A stretch of 64,000 bases of DNA from positions 153,202,001 to 153,266,000 of the forward strand of contig OX597816.1 in assembly GCA_951406725.2 (NCBI GenBank), given 5' to 3'. Every line of letters begins with the position of its first letter. Position 1 is the stretch's first letter. The notes beneath the pieces were generated by a model, which did not search any database, was not told the DNA's origin, and was given only the letters and a program-made list of their open reading frames with translations. Both the position numbers and the translations under genes were made by a program. Below, in pieces: positions 13,241 through 26,900 of this stretch. The DNA is from Octopus vulgaris (taxonomy: Eukaryota).

Positions 13241-15268
13241 TAGTTTTATTTTTATAGCGTGCTTTCACTTCACTACCGAGCGCAGCTCTGTGTGCCTTAG
13301 GTATGTGCTGTGATTTGTTGTGATGCTCTGATGGTTATTGTATGGAAAGTGTTCTGCGTAGGATGTGTGCAGTGCCTAGTAGTGCAATTTTCTGTATGTT
13401 ATATGTGTTTGTAAGTCCTGGTGTTTTTGTTATGTATTTGTCTGAATATTTTTTTATCATGCCTAATGCACCTACTATGATAGGAATTGTTTCTGTTTTC
13501 AGATTCCACATTCTAGTTACCTCTATTTCCAGGTCTTTGTATTTTGAGAGTTTCTCCATTTCTTTTAGAGACACGTTGTCATCTGCCGGTATTGATACAT
13601 CAATTAGAAAGCATTTTTTTTCTTCATGATCTCTGACAACTATATCTGGTCAGTTGGCCTTAATTTCTCTATCTGTGTGTATCGGCATATCCCAGAGTAT
13701 GGTTGCTTTCTCGTTTTCTGTGACCTTTTCTGGTGTGTGCCTATACCATCTTTTTTCTGTTGTTATTCCATAATGTTGGCATAGCTTCCAATGTATGTAG
13801 GTTCCAACTCTGTCATGTCTGTGAATATATTCCTTCTTAGCCAGGACTGGGCAGCTAGAGATAATATGATTTATTGTTTCTTGTCCATCTCCACATATTC
13901 TGCAGTTACTTGTAATATTTCTTTTCATTACATGTTTTTGGTAATTTCTGGTGGGGAGGCTTTGGTCTTGTGCTGCAATTAAAAATCCCTCTGTTTCTGC
14001 TTTGAGTCCTGAGCTTCTCAACCATTGCTGGGATTTTTCTTTGTCTATTTCTTTTGCGTTTAGTTTAGTGCAGTATTTACCATGAAGGGGCTTTTCTTGC
14101 CATCGTTTTATCATGGTTCGTTGCTGTTCTATTTTTAGTTTGGATTTCATTTGTTTTATAGCTTTTGTTGTTTCTTCATCATCTTCTTCTTCTTCTTCGT
14201 GTTTATTAGGTGGTATGATTTCTTGTTTGTATTTGTCAGCTTCCTTAAATACTGAGAACAGTTTTTTGTTTTGCTCGTGTTTTGCTGCTATCTGGATCAG
14301 TTTTCCTTCCTTCTGAAGTAGGTATTTTTGCAGTCCTATGGTGGTTATTTTATAGTAGTTTTCCAGCTGTATAAGGCCTCTACCACCTTCTATACGTTGT
14401 ATATATAGTCTTTCTATGTCAGATTTTGGGTGATGCATTCTAGATCCTGTCAGTATTTTTCTTGTTTTCCTATCTATTTTGGACAGTTCATTTCGTGTCC
14501 AGTTAAGGATATTGTAGCTGTAACTTATAACTGGGACAGCTAAAGTGTTGATACCTATTATCTTGTTTTTAGCATTGAGCTCTGTTTTTAGTATTGATCT
14601 AACTCGTCTATGATATTCTTTTTTTATTTTCTCTTTCATTTGTGTGTGTTGTGTCTTATCTAGTTCATGGATTCCTAAGTATTTGTAAGTTTGGCTTTGG
14701 TCTAATTCTTTTATTTCATTGGTTTTATCTAGTGTGATGTTGTTACTCTTAACTAGTTTTCCTCTTTTCATGGTTACTTTGGCGCATTTTTCTAATCCAA
14801 ATTTCATATCTATTTCTTTGGTAAATCCATGAACTGTCTTTAATAGTGTTTCCAGCTGTTTGTCATTTGCAGCGTATAGTTTTAGGTCATCCATATATAA
14901 AAGGTGGCTGATCGTTTTGCCGTAACATTTATATCCGCATCCAGTTCTATTTAGCATATCAGATAGAGGTGACAGTGCCAAGCAGAAAAGGAGTGGAGAG
15001 AGCGTGTCTCCCTGGAATATTCCTCTTCTAATGGGGATGTCTTTGGTTTTCATGGGTCCCTCTTTTGTTTGGAGGTGTAGGACTGTTTGCCATTTATTCA
15101 TAGAGTGCTCTATGAATTTTATGATTGTTGGTGCTACTTTGTTAATGGCTAGTGTTTCGAGGATCCATGTGTGGGGGATGCTATCAAACGCCTTTTTGTA
15201 GTCAATCCAGGCCATACTGAGGCCTTTCTTCTTTCTGTGGCTGTCTTCAGTTACGGCTTTATTAATCA

Positions 15269-15269
<1 letters not shown>
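13238..15269 (-). mobile_element. Young 5'-truncated Dong/R4-type non-LTR retrotransposon (RT + CCHC + RLE)
   Basis: Coding region 15269-13335, a ~97-nt 3'UTR, and (AAT)n on both sides, consistent with the known TAA-repeat targeting of Dong/R4. Confidence 0.93.
13335..15269 (-). pseudogene. Partial RT/RLE ORF with a single in-frame stop (TGA at 13650-13652)
   Basis: WIDYKKAFDS, GIFQGDTLSP, YMDDLKLY, CRICG..ETINHIISSC, RHD; KAN*PDIVVRD...IDVSIP...EKLSKY. ORFs 13650-15269 and 13335-13574 are in the same frame. Confidence 0.92.
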
Positions 15270-15358
<89 letters not shown>

Positions 15359-15414
15359 CAGTATTATTATTATTGTTATTGTTATTGTTGTTGTTGTTGT
15401 TATTATTGTTGTTG

Positions 15415-15454
<40 letters not shown>

Positions 15455-15465
15455 CATCATTATTT

Positions 15466-16095
15466 ATTGTCTTTGCACAGCTTCTAACGCTAGAGATGTA
15501 CGACGGTGTCAGCTGCTCACTACCAGTGAACTAAGGTAACACTCCTTATTTTTCGAGTACCATCCGGAGTATTCGAGCGGTTCCAAACAGTGCTGTTTTC
15601 TGCAAGTGCTCTAACTTTATTGCATGTACTTTTCCAGATTTCTACTCACTGTTCCCTGGGCCCCGACAATTGGTACTACTACCACCTTTTTCTGCAACCA
15701 CAACTGCTTAACCTCCCAAGCTAACCTGTCATATCTATCGACTCTTCCTTCTTCCTTATCTCATACCTTGTTGTCAGCTGGGCATGTTATATCTATGATC
15801 CAGCATCATTTGCTTTGTTTCTCAATTAATACTGTCTGGCTTCCTATTCTCTATCTCATGGCCGCACTGAATCATAAAATCCCATAGGATCTTTGCATTA
15901 TCATTTTCGATGAAGCTTTCGGGTTTATGTTAGTAGCAATTTTTTGCTCTGTTAAGTCCATATTTGTTGCAAAGTATCCAATGGACAATCCTTGATATAT
16001 TGTCATGACTTCTCTTATATTCTTTCTGGGCTAGTGGCGTACATTGACTGGAATTATGCCATACGGTTTCACCATTTTGTCCACAAATTCTGCAC
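15466..16095 (-). mobile_element. Decayed 3' fragment of a second Dong/R4-type family
   Basis: Minus strand gives CRICGQNGETVWHI..QCTPLAQKEYKRSHDN and a terminal KTALFGTARILRMVLEK*, then a 3'UTR and the (AAT)n tail at 15272-15465. Confidence 0.85.
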
Positions 16096-16109
16096 AAATT
16101 CTGGACAAA

Positions 16110-19100
16110 ATTATTAGTAATAAAAGAGGTTTCATGAATATAGGATGAAAAATGTTTTGAAGCATCCGCTCAGCGACTGCTAGACCAAGCAAGAGCAATC
16201 CGTAGGAACGACTGGATTACGGGAGTAGAGAACAAAGAAATTCAGAGAAACATAATACAAAAAAAAAATCAGAAGGAGAGTGAAACAGCAGTAGCAGAAA
16301 GCGGAAATGAAGGGGTAAGAGATGAAGAACATGAAATAGATAGAAACCACAGAGTACCAGAGAATGCTGATAAAGTAACTAATGAAGACGATCTGGATGG
16401 TCAAGTGATAAGTACAGCACAAGACTTGAATGATGAAGAGAAAGAGATTTTAGAAATGTTGCGAGGTAAAATGTTTGATGGGAACAATGACGTACCACCA
16501 TATGGACACAAACAAATGAGGGAAGCCACAGGCAAAGTAAATGACGTTTTAAGCTTGGTCAAAATAGAAAACATCAATGAAGCAAACCAGCTAATCATAG
16601 CTGCTGTTAATGTCGTAGCTCACCTAGTAGGCTACATGCGAAAAACTGAAGATATAACAGCAAAAGAAAAGAAAGAACCAAACTGGAGGAAGAGACTACG
16701 AATGAAGCTGGAAAAGACACGGAAAGAACTGTGGCAATTGAATACGATAATGAGAGAAGAGCTTAATAAGATAGTAATCATAAAATGAACTGGTAATACT
16801 GGAAGAAAGGGGGAAACAAACAGTACATGAAGAATTGGCACAAAAGGTGACAACATTAAAGACCAAATTGAAAACATATGATGCTAGATGCAAAGGTTTC
16901 GAGCAGAATAAACCGTTCCAATCAAATAAAAGACGTCGATTTGAGGAAATGGAGGGAGACCAACATCAAGAACTGATTCCAGATGCGGAAGAAAGTAAAG
17001 AATTTTGAGGAAGGTTGTGGAACAGGCCGGCGAGACATAAAGAAAACGTTGAGTAGCTAACAAAGGTGGAAAGACAACTTGAAATTATACCAAGACAAAA
17101 GAACCTCAGAATTAATCTATATAGTGTAACAGAAGTTTTTTTAAAATAGCAGATTGGCAAGGGCCTGGCCCAAATAGAGTACAAGGCTACTGGCTGAAGA
17201 ACTTTACACAGTTGCTGCGCAACTGGATGACTGCCTGCAGCAAGGCCATGTCTCTGCCTGGATGACAAGTGAACGAACACAGCTATGCCTCGAGGATCCC
17301 TTGAAAGGGAACTTGTCATCAAATTTTTGACCTATAACTTGTTTACCACTAATGTGGATGCTTATGACTGCTGTCTTGGCGGAAGAGTTATGCAACCACC
17401 TTCAAAGTAACAATCTACTTCCAGAAAAACAGAAAGAATGCAGGAAACAATGTAGGGCAACAAAAGACCACTTATTAGTTGATAAAATGCTAATTAGAAA
17501 TTGTAAACGCAGATTGATGGGACTGCCTGTAGCATGGTTAGATTACAAAAAGCTTATGATATGGTACCTCACAGTTGGATAAGTAAAACAGTGAGCATGT
17601 TTGGAATAGTAAAAGACATAGAGAAAATGCTTAATGAAAGTATGAAACATTGGAATACTGAATTGATCGGAGGAAAGCAAAATCTCGGAAAAGTGAACAT
17701 CAGACGTGGAATATTCTAAACTATTCGTATTGGCCATGACACTGCTCACTATGATACTACGAAAAGTTACAAGTGCTTACGATCTGGGAAGAGAAAATGG
17801 TCAGAAAAATCATCTCCTTTTCATGGATGATATAAAGGTTTATGGGAAAAATGAGAAACCGCATGAACCACTTGTACATAACATCCGCATTTTCTCAAAT
17901 GACGTAGGTAAGGAATTTGGGATAGATAAGTGCGCTATTTTGAAAATGAAACGTGGAAGATTGGAAATAAACCAGGGATTTGAAATGTCAAATGGACAAA
18001 CAATAAGATCGGTTCAGAAAGGATAGTGGAATAAGTACTTGGGGATATTGGAAGCAGGCGAGATAAAAATGAAAAAATGTAACAAATTACTAGCAGAGAG
18101 TACACAAAGAGAGTAAGAAAATTCTTGCAGTCAAAGCTGAATTCCAAAAATCTTATTGAAGCAATAAATTGAAGAGCGGTACCACTAATCAGATATGGAA
18201 TTGGAATTATAGACTTGACCAGAAACGTTATAAAGAAACTTGACAGAAAAACTAGGAAGTTGTTGACGATGTATGGCGCCCACCATCCGAACGCTGATAA
18301 CAATCGGGTGTACTTGAGGAGAGACCAGGGTGGAAGGGGATTAATAGCAGTAGAAGAATGTGTACAGCTGGAAAGAAAAAGCCTAGTAGAATATTTACAG
18401 AGCAGCACAGAAAAACTACTATAGTCAGTTAATAAAGAACAGGTGATGAAACGCGTAATAGGAGAAAAGAACAAAAAGGAAATACAAAGAGAGCACGTCA
18501 GACAGATCGAAGAGAAACCGCTACATGACTAATTTTGGAGAGCTACTGAAGATGTACGTAGAACAATACGTCTTCAGTGGGCTTGGTTAAAAAAGGGGCA
18601 ATTAAGAAAAGAAACAGAGGGCCTAATTGTAACAGCTCAAGATCAAGAGATAAAAACAAACAACTTGAGAAAAAATATATATGGAGATAATGCGTCAGAA
18701 AAATGTAGAACCTGTGGAACTTGAAACAAGACAGTGGTATACAGTGTGGCAGAATGCCCCAAGTTGGCACAGTAAGAATATAAGAAATAGAGGTACGACC
18801 TCTATTGTAAAAAATATACACTGGAAACTGTGCCAGAAATGGGGATTTGAAGCTGGAAACACATGGTGCAATCATCGAATCGAAAGAGTACTGGAGTCGG
18901 AGAAATGTAAGATTTTGTGAGACTTTCTTATTCAAACGGACAAAAAAATTAGAAAACAATAGACCAACCATAACGATTATAGATACGGAAAAGCAAAGTT
19001 GCTTACTTATCCGTTTGACTCCAGGATCGCAAAGAAAGAGGAAGAAAAACAAAACAAAAAATACAATTTCTTAAAATAGGAAGAATTTGACACATGCGAA

Positions 19101-19357
19101 CAGTAAAGGTCGTGCATTGGAAACAGTAAGCAAAGATATAGACAAAAGGCTGAAGGAGATTGAAATAGAATGTCCGGCAGAGCTCCTACAGAGAGTTTGT
19201 CTCTTAGGGAGAACAAAGATTATCAGGAGGGTTCTAAGCACTTGAAATACTTCTGAAAACTTGTGGAAACCTAAGATTACAAGTAGTAACCCGCTATTCA
19301 CATAATTCCTAACAAGAATAAGACCGAACCCGAGTCAAACCAAAATAAGGATAATAT
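16110..19357 (+). mobile_element. Near-full-length, decayed Dong/R4-type retrotransposon
   Basis: N-terminal EPNWRKRLRMKLEK; RT motifs WLDYKK/AYDMVPHSWI and HLLFMDDIKVYG; HHPNADNNRVYLRRDQGGRGL; IHWKLC; RLE region NNRPTITIID. Many frameshifts and stops. Confidence 0.9.
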
Positions 19358-20386
19358 ACCACTCTATTACCTAATGTTTGATTGACGTTTTTTCCTAACT
19401 CAGATTTTTAGACATCTTTCTCTCTGTCTTTCTCTCTCTCTCTTTCTTCCAACCTCTCTCTCTCTTTCTGTATGTATATATATATATATGATGGCATAGA
19501 GTCTAGATCTTCGTAACCCATTATTGCTATCGGCCTCGTTCAAAGGCGTTGGTGTCGGTTATCGAGAGGAACGTACTGACGGACAACTTGTTCAATCTAG
19601 CATGAGATAACATCTGTTAAACAGATTTGCTAACCTCCGTACATTGTGCACACCAGTGCCTTCATTTCTGCTGTAAAATCTGTCAAATTATGCAATTATC
19701 TTGTGATATGTAGTTCTATACATCTTTGTCGATTTTTCCAGTTTATACGTTATTCATTCCCTATGTAGAATTCAGTCTTCATATTTCTTAGGGCCGTAAA
19801 ACAAGCTCAACAGAGAAAGAAATTTATACATTTCAACCTACAAGCATTATACTTGATTATGGCTTACATATTTGTCGTGGCTCACACACCATGTATACAC
19901 ACATCCACAAATTCACATATTACATTTGTTACATTCACTAGATTGTATTTAAGATCCATACTTTCCATTTGTTGATCCACTCCTCTGGATATATTAATGC
20001 AATGTCATCCTTAATGTACCCATCAGCTCATTCGTTCTCTTCCTCACAATGTGTTTCGGTTATTATATGTCATATTGTAAACACTTTTTCTAGCCTCCAA
20101 TGCATTCTGAAGTTTCATCCTCAGCCAAAGAGTATTTTCTGATCACTAGCCTGCAGTAATTTGAACTCAACATCAACTGTCCCAACGTTAGCCATCTATT
20201 TCGTGCGTGTAATTTAGTGGGGGCCTAATAAACCTCTGTTTATTCGAGAACAACACATTTAAAGTATGATTGGAAAGAACAACAACGAAATCAGCATTAA
20301 ACAGAAAACACTTTAAAAATTTAAATTAGTGTATAATGAAGTACAATCAATACAGAATCTTTAAATTGTTGACCAGTAGAAAGAGG

Positions 20387-20515
<129 letters not shown>

Positions 20516-21519
20516 ACAAATAACAAAGAAAAAGTAACGAAGAAGAAATCAAAGAAAATTAATTTTAAGCTGCTCAGAATAGAGGAAGACATGCAAAATT
20601 TATTGGTCCATGCACATACCTGGAAATAATGAACAATTTATAAAAGGGGGCAAATGATTTGAAAATGCTACAATAAAGTGAAAGATCATACTAGAAGTAA
20701 AACAGAAAAGAGTAAAAATCAGAAGAATTACTAGAACCATTCGTGGTATTTTCTCAAACGACCATTCGTCAGGAAGAATGTTTAAAATCAATGTGATTAA
20801 CATGGGCTATAAAGTTGGAAGCAAGTATCCAGTGTAGCTATTCCTGAAGGAAAGAGTTTCACTGAGCAGTGAATTAGAACTAACATATTTATCTACTGTG
20901 AAACAATACCTCCTGCCTGCGTAGCAATATCAGAACATTTATGAATAGTCAAATATTAATCATCCAACAAAAGTGGCATGGTTAAAATATTTAATATTTA
21001 ATAAAATTACGAGTGTAATTTATTTTGATGTTCGTTATTCTTGTGTAAACTCTCATTATTTCTCGGAGAATTGATTTAAACTGTTTTTTTTCTCTTATAA
21101 TTCGTGGAATATTTTAGAGGGATAATAAACCTAGGATTTATAGTAAAAATAAATCAACGCCTGTACTTAAATATTCCAGTATTTTATCGGTTCTGAAACT
21201 ATGAAAGACAACATCGACTTCGGCTGAATTTGAATAGAGAGCATATCTATGTCAGTTACAAAATAATACAGGCATTTTGTCCGACGCCGTATGGATTATA
21301 CCTGGATAAAGTTAAAAACTACAAAATTTTTTTTAAATATATGTTATCTTTTCTCCATACGCTATATTTTTCAGTAATGATGGATCGAAAATGCATATGA
21401 AATAGTCCAAACTAAAAAAAAAGTTAATATTTGAGAAATATAGTAAAGATTCTCGTAGTAAGTACATAATTAAAACTGAAAATTAAATTAAATAATCTTT
21501 GAAACAAGTAGAATGATAT

Positions 21520-22130
21520 TATTGGAGGTACTCTAGTGCACTAAGATATAATAGAATGGTATATAAGTACACTTGTGAAACGCATATTGGCATATTAGTA
21601 GACTATTACACAAGTGCAATATATAATGATACAGTAGTACAACATAGAAGGGCATATTAATTGAATACTAGTAAGATATAGACAGCGTCACGTGTACAAT
21701 TTACAGCAGAACGCTAGTACAATATAGAAGGGTTAGTACTCTAGTATAATATAAAAGGGTATATTAATGCATGAGTAAATTTCAGAATAGTACGCTAATG
21801 TACTTGCACAATGTAGAATACGAGGGTACACTAGTGCGAAACCACAGAATAGAATGTTGTACATTAAAGAGTGGCAAACTAAGTACATTATAAAATGGTG
21901 CACTAGTACACTAAAACACAAACACAATCTAGAATGCTACACAAATACACTAGCACAATATACAGTGGTACAGTTATACACTGATGTAGAATAGTACAAT
22001 GGTAGAATAGTACAGTGATACACTTGTACACCGATGTAGAATAGTACACTGATACACTTGTACTATACATATTATAGAATGGTTTACTAGTGCACGTGTA
22101 CGATATATAATGATGCACTACTACACTAGC
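21520..22130. repeat. Degenerate minisatellite-like tract (AGAATAGTACA / TAGTACACT motifs)
   Basis: Recurrent imperfect motifs, e.g. GATGTAGAATAGTACA at ~21983 and ~22033. Confidence 0.5.
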
Positions 22131-23635
22131 AAAGTAACTTAATGAACAAAGATTGATTAAATTAGTAGAGGTCTTCAAGAATATGTTATAAAGGAGTCCT
22201 AAATTTATTTTAAAAAATACACATTAATGCTTTATATAATAAACTACAACTTAAAACTTAGATTTTCTTGATTTAGAATGATGAAATCCGTTGATGCTAG
22301 TGAAATTTATATTTTACGAGCTTCATGTTCCTGATCAATTTCTGTGAAATTGTATTTTTTGTTCATGTTAATCCTTTTCGGGTTTGAAAAATAATCTCTT
22401 ATAGTTGGTCACAACGAGTAACAAAGAGACCAGCTTTAGGAAACAAGCTTCATAGAATTATCAGTTATCAAATGGTGAAACCTTAACTCTACAAGGATTT
22501 GTCTGATGCCAATATATGAAGCAATATCAATTCAATTTTAAATATTTCTACAAACTGCTCAAATTCTTCACCGAGATTTTCTTCTAGATTTGGCAAGATC
22601 CGATTACCTCTTTACAATCTCTTCGGATTTTAATTGATGAAGGAATCTAAATACACTACTTTTTGATAAGCTTTCTGGCGTTTTGACAAGACAGAAAGGG
22701 AGATAGCAACAATAGCAAAAATTATTTGGCTCTTGAACTTCCGATTTCGCTTGTCTTCTATTCAAGTTTGTTGTTGATTATATTCACACTCACACAGAAG
22801 AAAAAAAAATTACCGCTTAAGTTGAATATATTCATGCAAGTAACCCATACAGTACACATGCAATATCCATGGCTTGGGTTGAAGATTGTAAAGAAACTTA
22901 AATATTGCCATTATTCTGTTTCCAAGTTCACCGTGGTTGACATTTGTAACGAGCCTATTTTCGACTCTCTCTCTAAATTCAAACGTCACCCAAGATTTGT
23001 TTCATTGCCGTACCGTTGCGTAAAAGCTCGTTTGTTGCATCTGCCTGTCTGGTATCTGACAATTTTTATTCAATGACCAATATCTGATAATGCAGCAGAA
23101 AGATCTCACGAATAAACTGAATGAGAAAGATGTGTGCAAATTTTGAAAAAAATTAATGTTTCTTGATAATATTCAGTAGAGCGTTTTTCAACCAAAGTCA
23201 ATGAATGTGAAAAACGTGGAATGTAATCCACAGATTCACTCAGCTCTTTAATTAGTGTTTATAAATCACTATATTTGCCGCTTATATTACGGCATAATTT
23301 TAATCCAGTAATCGTTTAAATGAATGATATTTTACTTTAAGATTTTAAGAATACTTTAAACAAGCTGTTCATGTATGCTATGACTCTCCACATTCCCAAA
23401 TTTAACAATTCTTTCAACTGACTCAGACAGTAAAACAAAACACAATCCATATTAGCCGATGCACATAAGATATATAGGGAGTAGAAGTTAATGAGAGAAA
23501 ATATTTGTATTTCTTTACTTCACATACAGTGTGATCAAGTAGTCTGAATTCTGCCTCATTGGTGAATTTCTTACATGTTGTTTTAGATAGGTGTGATTTA
23601 TGTCGCTTTCATTTGGTGGAATGAGTATTTATATG

Positions 23636-23838
23636 GCAGCGTGGAAGGTGTTTGTAAGCTATTTAAGAAACACACAAAAGCTGTTCGATTCACTTCAACA
23701 TTTAAGTTTAATTTGTCAGTGAACAGGTCGCGGTCTTATAGCGACGAAAATATTTTGACAAATTAAACTTAAATGTTGAAGTGAATCGAATGGCTTTTGT
23801 GTGTTTCTTAAATGGCTTACAAACACCTTCCACGCTGC
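23636..23838. repeat. Foldback with ~83-bp inverted arms and a 37-nt structured centre
   Basis: 23636-23718 (GCAGCGTGGAAGG...ATTTGTCA) is the near-perfect reverse complement of 23756-23838 (TGACAAAT...CCTTCCACGCTGC). Confidence 0.95.
23714..23760 (+). ncRNA. Hammerhead ribozyme-like motif with G3-C8 core variant
   Basis: TGTCA-GTGAACA-G-GTCGC(GGTCTTATA)GCGAC-GAA-AATATT-T-TGACA: stem I, 7-nt core, stem II, GAAA, palindromic stem III and a UUU triplet. Confidence 0.65.
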
Positions 23839-25649
23839 AATTGTTTTCGTTCTAGCACACGATCTCAGATCAAATCACTTGCTATGCAAGTCCATCTCCA
23901 GTATTTATATGTTCTAACAGAAATGTGTTAAATTCGGTTTGTAATTCTAACCACTCAATAGATTTTCCGTTATGAGAAAAGTCAAGAGTTTCACCGTTAC
24001 CACGAAAGGCAATGTTCTGCTAAAAAACAGTATATACTGAGTATTTATGTTAACTTACGAAACGAACTTTCAAAGACTTTCTGTAAAAGACCCTATTTTA
24101 ATTAATAGACTAAGTTCGGGTATTGAATCTCATATGAAACTTTCTGAAGTGAAAAATGTCGCAAGTATTACACCGTTTTAGAGGTACTCCTGAAAATATT
24201 TAGACTTACTTAATCTTTAACTAAACCGAAACCTAGCTATTTTATCAAATGATAATTATTTTTATGGAATCAGCTCCATATCTGAGGCAACTAGATTGAA
24301 TACAAAGTTTTCTAGTATGTGATATTTTAAATAAAGCTTTACGTTTACCTGCTATTCAGCGTCTTAGGGGTTATTAAAAAGATAAGCGTAGAAGACAAAG
24401 ACTTAGATGCTTTAAATATATTAACATGCTCTCCTCCACCAAGAATTCTTAAGAATACTCAGTGAAGTCTCAGACCCCTCAAGATTCTAAATAGGAATTC
24501 TAAGATGGAATACTCTTTATCAACAAACATCTAGTGATAATCAAAACCATCAGTATTCTAGGAACCGACAATCTTTCTTCTACACATCAATTCTTTTTTA
24601 TATGTTGACGTTAATAATTTTAAAGGCAATCTCCCAAGCAAAAGAAGAAATTGCAATGAATTTGAATAGGTAGACCCCATCTTTATAAATCTTGATTTTA
24701 TTATAAACCAAACCTAAAAACACGGAACTTTTCTCTCATATATCCTTATTTTTAAACAACTAAAATGCGTAAATTAAATGTTATCTTTTGATAATAACTG
24801 GAATATAATGTATAAGAATCTGATCACTCTTACATTACTCAGCTGCAGATATAGTATTTGATGATATTGATGACTGGTTATAAAAAACACAACATATATA
24901 TATATATATATATATACATTCCAAAATTAAGTATCCGAAAGTTCAACTTGTAGCCTGGCATCCTTTGTGTGCCGTTTGATACCAGTTAGATAACACTTTT
25001 CAAAACAAATTCATCATCTAAGTGCTCAGAATTAAAAAGGGTAGCATCTTAAGTATCATAAGTGAATTCTTCAAGAAAAATTATGTGCATATATCACATT
25101 CAGCTCTAGAAATACTGGACGATCTTGCTTCAACAAAGTCTTGTAGGCAAAGCTCTGCATATTGACATAATATTATGCACGGGAAATTTGAAAATGGTAT
25201 TAATGTCGACAAAATTTGTAGCCTCATTTCGAAATTATGCTTTTGAAATTCAGGAACAGAAGACATGATATATACGTGTAGGACAAAATAGCTAATGAAG
25301 TGGTTTAGACCACCAAGATACAACCTAAAATGTTGATTATGTTACATTATGGTACATATCTGCTGAACAGCTGCCAATGTTATCAAGATATTACTTTTCT
25401 ATGCAGCAGGACGTCGTTGCTTAAACAATGTTCAATGCCATGGCTAGTATGGACTGCTCTGCAAAAGGATATTTAAAAATATATTTGTGATATTCTTCCT
25501 TTCGACAATGAGTATTCACTTGTTTAATCAACTGAACTATCTAATTATATTAGCGTGTAAGTGGAAGAGTATTCCTTAAACACATATTCTTAACGCAAAT
25601 CTCAGGCAGTGCGTAACAAGATTCCACCTTCGAATTCCAGGTACAATCA

Positions 25650-25810
25650 ATCCAACGCACTTATGCATAGTTTCCATCTATCCAGTTTCATTTACAAAGC
25701 TTATGTCGACTCAAGACTTTGGTAAAAAAACATTTGACCATGATATCATACAATTAGATTGAACTCGAGGTTCCGTAATTGCAAAGCGAAATTCTTAACC
25801 ATTCGGTCAT
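25650..25810 (-). mobile_element. Degenerate SINE head (family of 28061-28340)
   Basis: AGTTTCCATCTATCCAGTTTCA...GATTGAACTC...TTCTTAACCA matches the reverse complement of the SINE head. Confidence 0.5.
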
Positions 25811-26349
25811 TTGCAAGCACACATTGAGTTTGGTAACAAGTTTCTACACAATGAATATTAGTTCCAACTAAAACGTCAAAGAAAGTTAGTGAACAAATAG
25901 GTGTCAGCATTTTATTCACAGAAAGAACACTATGAGCATCTGTCTCGAAATCTGTAACTTATAAATTTACGTTTCTACTTAAATACATTCTTGCACATGA
26001 AAATGGTTCCCCTGCATGGACTTAGCCGTAATGACTAAAAAAAAGTTAAAGTAAAAAACATCGATACGTTACAGCTTTCATGATAGTTTTAGAAAGTTTG
26101 GGCTTTTATGTAATGAAGTAACCCACAATCCCTGGAAGAAGTTGTGATAATATTCAAAACCTTTCTAAACTTTAATGCTACTGTTGTCAGAATTTCACGC
26201 ATACATATATATATGCATACATAATATCGGTATAAAGTGTAGCCTTTCTTGGACTCGTGAATACTACATCACACTTCGAATACTATTCGTTTGCAATCTA
26301 AGAGCAGAAGATTGCGACATAATACCTGATAAACAAAAGAGACTGTGAT

Positions 26350-26900
26350 GTCCATTATAACACATTTCAGTGGAAGATATCACATATGATCAGTAACCGG
26401 CCAATAATGTCATCAAAGTATTACCTCCCAATGCGATACGACGTTGTCGCTAAAACAATATACCATTCCATCCGAAAAAAAAGACTGTTCTGGGATAAAT
26501 ATAGTGACTTTTGTTATTGAATACATATTTAACCATGGAATATTAGTGGAGTATTCCCATCAAAATCTCAACCACGTGCAAACATAATAGACTAGATATC
26601 ATTGTTTGAGATAGACAAGAAAACGTGTGCACCGTCATAGAAGCCAGCTGTCCCGCTGATGTGAATATCTCTTTGAAAATCAAAGAGAAAGCGGATAATT
26701 ACGGATAATTGCTGGGAATCCTTCGGCTTCTATACCCGGATTATAAATAGACATTGATACCAATAATAATTACTGCACTTGATTTTGTGAGTAATTGCCT
26801 AAGTGACAATCCGCATAAGCTGGGCTTTCAAAAAGAAAAAGAAAAAAAAGAAAAAAAAAAAGAAATCAGTCAGCTAACTCTGAAAGCGAAAAGTGAAATA
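26350..26900 (+). mobile_element. Decayed 3' fragment of an RLE-type non-LTR retrotransposon
   Basis: Translates as KYYLPMRYDVVAKT...CKHNRLDIIV*DRQENVCTVIEASCPADVNISLKIKEKADNY...LYPDYK..LIPIIITAL (RHD and RLE motifs). Confidence 0.75.

Noticed and set aside
13650-13652. Programmed readthrough or selenocysteine at the in-frame TGA
   Set aside because: It replaces the Arg of the NRPD motif by one substitution in a 5'-truncated copy; ordinary decay is the simpler explanation.
19940-20200. Possible AP-endonuclease fragment (ANVGT, ITETH on the minus strand)
   Set aside because: Too short and decayed to support without a search.
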